Source: an uncultured Spirochaetota bacterium (GTDB lineage: Bacteria; Spirochaetota; Spirochaetia; SZUA-6; Fen-1364). From it: 64,000 nucleotides of DNA. A model generated the notes under the pieces. The model saw only the letters and a program-made list of their open reading frames with translations, was not told the DNA's origin and searched no databases. Location of the stretch: assembly GCA_963845535.1 (NCBI GenBank), contig CAWJSK010000012.1, positions 544,001-608,000 on the forward strand. The letters run 5' to 3'. Position numbers and translations under genes: made by a program. Positions 50,102-57,855 of this stretch are shown in pieces. Every line of letters begins with the position of its first letter. Position 1 is the first letter of the stretch.

Positions 50102-51034
50102 ATGGCAAAGATCCTCATCACACCACGATCACTGACACGGGACGGAGACCCGGCCCTTGAGCTTCTAAAAAAAGCGGGTCACGAGCTGCTGCTCTGCACG
50201 CCCGGCAAGGCCCCTGATGAGGAAGAGCTCCTGCGGCTTGTGCCCGGATGCGCCGGCTGGCTTGCCGGCGTGGAAAAGATCACGGACAAGGTGCTGCGCG
50301 AGGCGCGCGGCCTGAAAGCCATCAGCCGCAACGGCACCGGGGTGGACTCCATCGACCTGGAGGCGTGCAAACGCCTGGGCATTGCCGTGCTGCGCGCGGA
50401 CGGGGCCAACGCGCGCGGAGTGGCGGAGCTCACCCTTGGGCTTCTGCTTTCCCTCCTGCGTTCCATTCCCGCAAGCAGCGCAGCCATGAAGGCCGGCGGC
50501 TGGGAGCGAAGCTACGGGATCGAGCTGGAAGGCCGCACGTTGGGGGTCATTGGGTGCGGGAAGATCGGCAAGCTGGTTGCCCGCTTCGCGCTGGCCCTGG
50601 ACATGCACGTACTGGGATATGACGCGTACCCTGACGCCACGTTTGCTCCGTCACCGCGGTTTCGGTTTGCGGCGCTGGATGAGGTCCTTGCCTCCTCGGA
50701 TGCGCTGACGCTGCACTGCCCTCACACGCCGGGGGAGCCCCCGCTCATCAACCCGCGGTCGATTGCAAAAATGAAAAAAGGAGCGTACATCGTCAACACG
50801 GCCAGGGCTGGCCTCGTGGAACCGGCCGCCGTTCTGCGTGCCCTGGAGGAGGGACGAGTTTCGGGCTACGCCGTGGACGCGTATGACACGGAGCCTCCGG
50901 CACCCAGCCCGCTTTTGTCTCATAAGAAAGTCATTACGACGCCGCACATCGGCGCGTTCACCGTGGAAAGCGTCTCCCGTGCCACTCGCGCGGCCGTGGA
51001 GAACCTGCTTGCCGCGCTTGCTGAAAGGATTTGA
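50102..51034 (+). CDS. D-isomer-specific 2-hydroxyacid dehydrogenase (phosphoglycerate dehydrogenase-like)
   Basis: G.GVDSID, GCGKIG, NTAR, TPHIG. Confidence 0.9.
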   Translation: MAKILITPRSLTRDGDPALELLKKAGHELLLCTPGKAPDEEELLRLVPGCAGWLAGVEKITDKVLREARGLKAISRNGTGVDSIDLEACKRLGIAVLRADGANARGVAELTLGLLLSLLRSIPASSAAMKAGGWERSYGIELEGRTLGVIGCGKIGKLVARFALALDMHVLGYDAYPDATFAPSPRFRFAALDEVLASSDALTLHCPHTPGEPPLINPRSIAKMKKGAYIVNTARAGLVEPAAVLRALEEGRVSGYAVDAYDTEPPAPSPLLSHKKVITTPHIGAFTVESVSRATRAAVENLLAALAERI

Positions 51035-51036
51035 AT

Positions 51037-52861
51037 ATGCTGAACGGGTATTGCGGCCGGATCCTGAGAGTCGATCTGAGCCGGCGCACGTCGACGGTGG
51101 AGCCCCTCTCGGAAGAGCTCATCACGACGCTGCTGGGAGGCCGGGGAATCGCGGCCAAGTACTACTGGGATGAGATTGCGCCGGGCGTTGATGAGCTGGG
51201 AGAGAAGAACAAGATCTTCTTTTTCACCGGCCCGCTCACCGGCACACCGCTTGTGTCCACAACCAAGTTCCAGCTTGCAACCAAGTCTCCCGAGACGCGG
51301 ATGTACCTTTGCTCCAACTGCGGGGGGGACTTCGGCCCGCAGCTGAAGCAGGCGGGGTTCGATGGCCTGATCATCGAGGGCAGGGCGTCTGAGTGGACGT
51401 ACCTGACCATCAAGGATGGCGCGGTGAGCTTCGGCGACGCCCGCCCGTGGAAGGGGTTCACCTCCACAAGGACGCTGGAAGTCCTGCGCGCGTCTTTCGG
51501 AGAGTCGAAGTGCGGGGCCATGTCCATTGGCCCGGCGGGTGAAAACCTCGTGCGCATATCCTACATCAACGTGGACAACCGGGCGTTCGGCCGCGGCGGC
51601 CCCGGCGCTGTGATGGGCTCCAAAAAGCTCAAGGGAATTGCCGTGAAAGGCACGGGGGACATCTCCGTGGCCAACCCCGAGCGGGTGGCGGAAATCCGAA
51701 AGGCCGCGGTTGCCGACCTGAAGCAGAGCCGGGCCAACCACACGAAGTTCGGGACGCCGCAGTACATCGAGCCGCTGAACTCACTCGGGTGCCTTCCCAC
51801 GCGCAACTTCCAGACCGCGTTCTTCGAGGAGTGCGACAAGGTGGACGCGCACACGATGGTGGAGCAGTACGTGGAGAAGAACTACGCCTGCTACCGCTGC
51901 ACGGTGGCGTGCGGGAAGATGTGCGTCGTCCGGGAAGGTCCGTACAAGGGCGCCAGGGCGCGAACCGAGTTCGAGACCGTGGGGCTGCTTGGCCCCAATT
52001 GCGGGATATCGGACTTCGGCGCCGTGGTGAAAGCGAACCAGCTCTGTGACGAGCTCGGGCTGGACACGATGTCCGCGGGCAACGCGGTTGCCCTCACCAT
52101 GGAGCTCTTCGAGAAGGGCATGATCGACAGGAATGACACCCTGGGGATCGACGCCCGTTTCGGAAACCCCGAGGCTCTTTTCGGCATCATCGAATGCATA
52201 GCGGGACGCAAAGGAATTGGAAATCTCCTGGCGGAAGGCATGTACGGCGTAAAGAAAGCCCGCCCGGAGTGGAAGAAGTTCATCCTCGACGTGAAGGGGA
52301 TGCCTTTTGCGGCGTATGACCCTCGCGGGTTCACCGGGCAATGGGCTTACCAACGGGACCTCCAGCCGCGGCGCGTGCCACAACGTGGGGGGCTGGACCA
52401 TCAGGGCGGAGCTGCAAAGCGGCAAGGTGGACCGCTACGCGCTGGAAGGCAAAGGGGCGCTGGTCAAAGGCGCGCAGGACAGCCGGGCGTACGTGGACAG
52501 CATTGGGATGTGCACCGTGGTGCGCGGGGCGTTCGGTTTCTCCGAGAAACCCAGCGGAGACGTCCTGGAAGCCGTCACGGGTCACGCGTTTACGCCGAAG
52601 CTCATGGAGATTGCGGAAAGGATTTACAGCATGGAGCGAATGATCCTCAACCGCGAAGGGATCAGGCGCAAGGATGACCTTCTCCCGGATCGGATCACCA
52701 AGGAGATGATCCCCAGCGGACCGACCAAGGGAAGGATCCTCACGGCGGAGATGTACGACGTGATGCTGGACGACTATTACGGCCTCCGCGGTTGGGACGC
52801 GGACGGCGTGGTCACCGAGCAAACCAGGCAAAGGCTCGGCTTGACGCAGATCCTTTCATGA
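51037..52861 (+). CDS. aor: Aldehyde:ferredoxin oxidoreductase (W/Mo-pterin AOR family), frameshift near 52335
   Basis: KSP, GRGGPGAVMGSKKLK, CYRCTVAC, CDELGLDTMS, YDPRG, RGACH, YYGLRGWD. Confidence 0.88.
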
Positions 52862-53130
52862 CGCCGCGGGCGGTCACTGTGCGCATCCGCTACCTCTCGG
52901 GGCTGCGGGATGCAACGGGAATCCGGATGGAAGAAGTTCCGTTCCCCGCAGGGACCCGCCTCCGTGACGTGTCCGCGTGGCTTGCGGGGAAGTACGGCAT
53001 TGTCTGCCCCGGCCCCAGCGTGATGAGCACTCTGAATGGCCGCGGGTGGAGCCAGACCACGCAGGCGCTGGAGGCGAAGCTGCAGGAGGGGGACGAGATT
53101 GCCCTTTTCCCGCTTCTTTCAGGAGGATGA
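52858..53130 (+). CDS. MoaD/ThiS ubiquitin-like sulfur carrier
   Basis: GDEIALFPLLSGG C-terminus; adjacent to AOR. Confidence 0.9.
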   Translation: MTPRAVTVRIRYLSGLRDATGIRMEEVPFPAGTRLRDVSAWLAGKYGIVCPGPSVMSTLNGRGWSQTTQALEAKLQEGDEIALFPLLSGG

Positions 53131-53133
53131 GAC

Positions 53134-53784
53134 ATGAGCAACCAGGATGTGCTTGCAGCGGTCCAGAAGTACAGCGTGGTCCCCGTCATCGCAATCGATG
53201 ATGCAGGGTCCGCCCTCGCGCTTGCCGACGCTCTGATCGAAGGCGGTCTGCCCGTGGCGGAGATAACGTTCCGCACGGCCGCGGCGGCGGAGGTAATATC
53301 GAAGATTGCCCGCGAAAGGCCTGAGGTAATCCTTGGGGCGGGAACCGTGCTCACCGCGGAGAACGTGCGCCGCGCCAAGGACGCCGGGGCGCGCTTCGGC
53401 GTGGCCCCCGGGGTCAACCCTGACGTGGTGGCGGAGGCCGGCCGCCTGGGCTTGCCGTTCGTGCCGGGAGTGGTGACGCCTTCCGAGGTCGAGCAAGCCC
53501 TCTCCCTGGGCGCGAAGATGTTGAAGTTCTTTCCCGCCGAGGCATTTGGCGGGCTCAAGGTGATCAAGGCGCTGGCTGCTCCCTACGTCCACACGGGCGT
53601 GAAGTTCATGCCCACGGGCGGCGTCACCACCGCCAACCTCGCCGACTACCTCGGCGCGGACATCATTGCCTGCGTGGGTGGAACGTGGATTGCCTCTCGC
53701 GAAGCCATCGCGGAGAAGAAGTGGGCACAGATTCGGGACAACTGCAAGGCAGCCGTAGAGCTGGCCAGGAAGGTCCGCGGCTGA
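53134..53784 (+). CDS. eda: KDPG/KHG aldolase
   Basis: EITFRT, GAGTVL, KFFPA, MPTGGV. Confidence 0.93.
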   Translation: MSNQDVLAAVQKYSVVPVIAIDDAGSALALADALIEGGLPVAEITFRTAAAAEVISKIARERPEVILGAGTVLTAENVRRAKDAGARFGVAPGVNPDVVAEAGRLGLPFVPGVVTPSEVEQALSLGAKMLKFFPAEAFGGLKVIKALAAPYVHTGVKFMPTGGVTTANLADYLGADIIACVGGTWIASREAIAEKKWAQIRDNCKAAVELARKVRG

Positions 53785-53832
53785 CTGCGGAAATCTCCAA
53801 TTCCTGAGGCTCCCCTCAGCGGCTGACCCGCA

Positions 53833-53892
53833 CACCTATGAAAAACGCGGTTTTTGCAAGTTTCTGGACACTATCGACGTTTTTTATAGGTG
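53833..53892. repeat. Imperfect inverted repeat (15-bp arms, 30-nt spacer)
   Basis: CACCTATGAAAAACG ... CGTTTTTTATAGGTG, 14/15 complementary. Confidence 0.7.
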
Positions 53893-53952
53893 CGCGCCTG
53901 TTCAATCACGGACCGAGCCCGTCGAATTGAGAAAGAGTCCCCTTCATTGGTA

Positions 53953-54008
53953 TTGACATGCTGATTTGTTGTGGTATACAATTGTTTCACTCTACACCAA
54001 TAAGGAGG
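53953..54008 (+). promoter_or_regulatory. Sigma70-like promoter and RBS of marR-hgcAB
   Basis: TTGACA at 53953, TGnTATACA (53975) or TACAAT (53977) -10, AAGGAGG RBS. Confidence 0.7.
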
Positions 54009-54013
54009 CGGGC

Positions 54014-54475
54014 GTGGACCAGCGCGCCATCAGGGCATTCCGCAGGGACCTTCGCGTCCTGGAACGGGAAGTCGAGCTCACCCTCTCTTCGCAGACAAGC
54101 TGCTGCGGAGTCACGGTGGCTCAGTGCCACCTCCTCCTTGAAGTGGAGCTCCGCGGACAGACGAGCGTCACCGAGCTTGCCCTGGCCCTGGAGCTGGACA
54201 AAAGCACGCTGAGCCGCGCCGTGGATGCGTTGTGCCGCTCCGGTCTCCTGGACCGGGTGGCGGACCCCGAAAGCCGGCGCCAGCAGGTCATCAGCCTCAC
54301 CGCGCAGGGAAAAGCCAAGGCTGCGGCAATCAACGTGCTGTGTGATCGGTTTTACGAGCGCCTGCTCGACTCCGTCCCGGCGGGCAAACGCGACGCGGCC
54401 ATGGAGTCGGTCTCTCTTCTCGGCGAGGCAATGAGAAAAGTGCGACAAGAAGGAGGAAACCCGTGCATTCAGTGA
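54014..54475 (+). CDS. Cys-rich MarR family regulator
   Basis: LDKSTLSRAVD.L...GL..R....SRR...LT..G; SCCGVTVAQC. Confidence 0.88.
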   Translation: MDQRAIRAFRRDLRVLEREVELTLSSQTSCCGVTVAQCHLLLEVELRGQTSVTELALALELDKSTLSRAVDALCRSGLLDRVADPESRRQQVISLTAQGKAKAAAINVLCDRFYERLLDSVPAGKRDAAMESVSLLGEAMRKVRQEGGNPCIQ

Positions 54476-55461
54476 ACGTTAACGGAAGGGAAGTCCCCGT
54501 GGTTTCCCCTCGGCTCTCCTTGAGCGACCGAGTGGGGGGATGGAAAATGCGCTGGAACCTCGGGCGGGACCGCTACACGGTCGCGCCCGGCCTTTATGCA
54601 GTTGGGGCGCCGAGCCTCGAGTCTCCCGTGCTCGTGACGGCAAACTACAAGCTGACCTTCGACAAGGTGCGCGCCGAATGCCAGGGACTGGATGCATGGA
54701 TACTGGTGCTCGACACGCGGGGCGTCAACGTCTGGTGCGCCGCCGGCAAGGGGACTTTCAGCACGCGGGAGCTGGAGCAGCGGCTGCTCGCCGTCCGCCT
54801 GGACCAGGTCGTTTCTCACAGGACGCTGATACTGCCGCAGCTCGGGGCAACCGGCGTCTCTGGTCCGAGCGTGCTGAAAGATACCGGCTGGCGGATCATC
54901 TTCGGTCCCGTGCGCGCCAGGGACATCCGGGCTTTCCTTGCCAACGGCATGAAAAAGGACAACGGCATGAGGAAGGTCGAGTTCGGCCTGCGTGATCGTC
55001 TGGCGGTTGCCCCCGTGGAGCTGGTCCAGGCCTGGCCGTTCCTCCTCGGCACTGCCGCCGCCTCTGCGCTGCTTGCTCTTCCGTTTGGTCCTGGCTACCT
55101 TCACCGCTTGCTGGCACTGTGCGTCCCGCTGGTCGGCGCAGTGCTCGTGGGAACCGTCGGCGTGCCGGTGCTTCTCCCCGTCATTCCGTTTCGCGCTTTC
55201 TCCCTCAAGGGCGCCATCCTCGGCGCGCTCTGGGGCCTTGCCGCCTCCCTGGCGTTCAAGGCGAGCATGGCGGGCGCGTTCGCGTTCGTGCTTGCCGGTG
55301 CTTCCCTGGCGGCTTTCCTGGGGATGAACTTCACCGGCGCAACCACCTTCACGTGCCAGGCAGGAGCGGAGCTGGAGGTGCGCCGCGGCACCCTTCCGAT
55401 GATCATCTCCCTCGTGCTGGGGGCAGGGCTGCTCACCGCATCGAGATTCGTCGGCATATAG
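54463..55461 (+). CDS. hgcA: Mercury methylation corrinoid protein HgcA
   Basis: PGLYAVG, VTANYKLTFD, NVWCAAGK cap helix (54727-54750), ILPQLGA, GPVRA.DI, C-terminal TM helices with NFTG.TTFT. Confidence 0.95.
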   Translation: MHSVNVNGREVPVVSPRLSLSDRVGGWKMRWNLGRDRYTVAPGLYAVGAPSLESPVLVTANYKLTFDKVRAECQGLDAWILVLDTRGVNVWCAAGKGTFSTRELEQRLLAVRLDQVVSHRTLILPQLGATGVSGPSVLKDTGWRIIFGPVRARDIRAFLANGMKKDNGMRKVEFGLRDRLAVAPVELVQAWPFLLGTAAASALLALPFGPGYLHRLLALCVPLVGAVLVGTVGVPVLLPVIPFRAFSLKGAILGALWGLAASLAFKASMAGAFAFVLAGASLAAFLGMNFTGATTFTCQAGAELEVRRGTLPMIISLVLGAGLLTASRFVGI

Positions 55462-55488
55462 GCCACAGGCACCGGCAAGGAGATTCAC

Positions 55489-55795
55489 ATGAGAATGACG
55501 TACATCAGAAACGGGGAAACACTGGCGTTGGATCGCAACGCGTGCAATGGCTGCGGCCGATGCATCGAGGTGTGCCCGCATGAAGTCCTGGCAATGGTCG
55601 ACAGGAGAGCGCAGATAATCGACAGAGAGGCCTGCATGGAATGCGGGGCGTGCTCCAACAACTGCGAGACGGGGGCAATCAAAGTCAAGGCGGGAGTGGG
55701 CTGCGCTTCCGCGGTGATCCAAGGGAATGATCCGCGGGACCGCTCCCCAGTGCGGCTGCGGCGGTGGGACGGGCGCGGCCAGCGGCTGCTGCTGA
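55489..55795 (+). CDS. hgcB: Mercury methylation ferredoxin HgcB (frameshift at GGG 55723-55725)
   Basis: CNGCGRCIEVCP, CMECGAC, GVGCA; removing one G gives ...QCGCGGGTGAASGCC*. Confidence 0.9.
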
Positions 55796-55802
55796 TACTC
55801 CC

Positions 55803-56243
55803 TTACGCCAGCCGAACCGCCTGTCGCGCGAACTCGCGCACTTTTTCCTGGATAGCGTCCCGGACTTCTCGCACGCGGTCCATGACTTGGTCATCAGTAT
55901 CCCGTGAAAGAGGAAGGATCCGAGAATGGCCAGTGGAGCCTCTCGGTAAGAGTGACTCCGGGGAAAATGGGGCACCGGTCAGCCGCTTCCTTTCGAGCAC
56001 ACCGTGATCACGTAGTCATATCGCTGGCCGGCCTTGTAGAGCTCGAAAACGTCCTGGGTCTTTTTTCCCCGAGATGTCGATGCCTTCCTCCGCAAGGGCG
56101 CGGACAACGTACGGATTGAGCTTGCCCGGCTCCAGCCCGCGCTTTCCACATCGAACTCCAGTCCGCCGAACGTGCGCAAATACGCTTCCGCCATCTGGCT
56201 GCGTGGCGGAGTTATGAACGCAGATAAAGAGGACTTTCTTCAC
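55803..56243 (-). pseudogene. arsC: Thioredoxin-coupled arsenate reductase (LMW-PTP fold) with about five indels (pseudogene or sequencing errors)
   Basis: Pieces [53 protein letters not shown] in shifting frames. Confidence 0.8.
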
Positions 56244-56280
56244 GATCCACCTCCCGGGAGGAGAAGCTACCCCGGTTGTG

Positions 56281-57855
56281 TTAGCTTTGCGTGAAGGGGA
56301 GCGTGAAGACGAAGCGGCTGCCTTTCCCCTCCCCTTCGCTTTCGGCCCACATCCTCCCGCCGTGCAGCTCGACGAGCTTGCGGGAGAGGGACAACCCCAG
56401 CCCTGAGCCCTGCTCCTTGGCCCTGCCGCCGCGCTTGATCTGGTAGAACGCGTCGAAGATCCGATCCAGCTCGAGCGCGGGGATGCCGATCCCCGTGTCC
56501 GCAACGCTGACCTCCAGCTCTTCGCCGCGCCGTTTCATTCCAACGTCGATCCGTCCTTCCGGAGGGGTGAACTTGATGGCGTTGGAGAGCAGGTTGAACA
56601 GCACCTGTTTGAGGCGCCTTTCGTCCACGCGCAGCTCCAGGCTGGAAAGCTCCGCCGGCAGGTTCGCTTTCATGCTGATGCGTTTGCGGTCCGCGGTCTC
56701 CTTGAGCAGCGTCAGGGGATGCTCGATGAGCGAGCGCATCCCCACGAGGGAAGGCTCCAGCTCGGTCTTTCCTGACTCGATCTTGGAGACGTCGAGGATG
56801 TCGTTGATGAGCTCCAGCAGGTGATGGGAGGCCTGCAGGATCACCTCGATCTGCTCCTTCTGCTTCTCGTTCAGCGTGCCGAAATACTCGTAGCTCAGGA
56901 TCTCCGCGTACCCGATGATGGCCGTGAGCGGCGTACGCAGCTCATGGGACATGCCGGCCAGGAGGTCGGACTTGGCCCGGTTGGCCGCGTCCGCGGCCTG
57001 GATTGCAAAGGTGAGCCTGTCCTCGGCGCGCTTGCGCGCGGTGATGTCGCGGGCAACAATGGTGACGCCGGCGAACGTCCCGCTGTCGTCCTTCAACGGG
57101 GATACCTTGGCGTTATACCACGTCTGAGAGCCGCCGGCGGTGAGGCTGTAGTCGAATTGCTCCACGCGCTGTGAGGACTGCACGGCGAGGAATGCCGCGT
57201 CGAAACGCGCAGCCACGGCCGGGGGAAAGACGTCGGCGAACGTTTTCCCCCGCCACTCGGGAGACGCGGTGGCCGCCGCGGCCCCGCTGAACGGCGCCCG
57301 GGAAGCCACCAGCAGGCCGTTCCTGTCCGAGACGAGCACGGCGTCGTCCATCGACATGAGGATGGACCGAAGCCTTTCCTCGCTCCCGCGCAAGTCCGCT
57401 TCCACGCGGAGCTTCTGGCGCGCAATCTCCGCCTGACGGATGGCCCTCTCGATGACGGACGGCAGAAGGCGAAAGAACTTCTCGTAGCTCTCCTTGTTGA
57501 TGTAATCCGCGGCCCCCAGCTTCATGGCTCGGACGGCCACCTCCTCGTTTCCCGCCCCCGTGGCCATGATCACCGGGACGCCCGCCCCGCGGGTCATCAG
57601 CGTCTGCAGGATGTCCAGCCCGTTGCAGTCGGGAAGCTGGTAGTCCACGATCACCAGGTCGTGGATGGCCTCATCGAACACCTGGAGGCCTTCCCGACCC
57701 GTGGAGGCGCTGTCTACCTGGTATCCTTCCGGGCCGAGCTTGGCCTGGACAAGTCGGGCAAGGCCGGGATCATCCTCGATATAGAGGAGCCGCATGTCGG
57801 GGCGTTTGTCGGAGGACGACAGGAGACGCACGTCAGGGCGCATTCCCTCTGTCAT
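56281..57855 (-). CDS. REC-PAS-histidine kinase
   Basis: IEDD...VD, MSHELRTPL, NLLSNAIKFT, DTGIG, GSGLGL. Confidence 0.92.
   Translation of the reverse strand: MTEGMRPDVRLLSSSDKRPDMRLLYIEDDPGLARLVQAKLGPEGYQVDSASTGREGLQVFDEAIHDLVIVDYQLPDCNGLDILQTLMTRGAGVPVIMATGAGNEEVAVRAMKLGAADYINKESYEKFFRLLPSVIERAIRQAEIARQKLRVEADLRGSEERLRSILMSMDDAVLVSDRNGLLVASRAPFSGAAAATASPEWRGKTFADVFPPAVAARFDAAFLAVQSSQRVEQFDYSLTAGGSQTWYNAKVSPLKDDSGTFAGVTIVARDITARKRAEDRLTFAIQAADAANRAKSDLLAGMSHELRTPLTAIIGYAEILSYEYFGTLNEKQKEQIEVILQASHHLLELINDILDVSKIESGKTELEPSLVGMRSLIEHPLTLLKETADRKRISMKANLPAELSSLELRVDERRLKQVLFNLLSNAIKFTPPEGRIDVGMKRRGEELEVSVADTGIGIPALELDRIFDAFYQIKRGGRAKEQGSGLGLSLSRKLVELHGGRMWAESEGEGKGSRFVFTLPFTQS

Noticed and set aside
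54463..55461. Alternative call as CdhD/acetyl-CoA synthase corrinoid subunit
   Set aside because: Cap helix, TM domain and adjacent HgcB fit HgcA; no Wood-Ljungdahl genes nearby
57785..57843. Short N-terminal duplication RPDVRLL/RPDMRLL in the REC kinase
   Set aside because: Minor local duplication that only makes the start codon ambiguous
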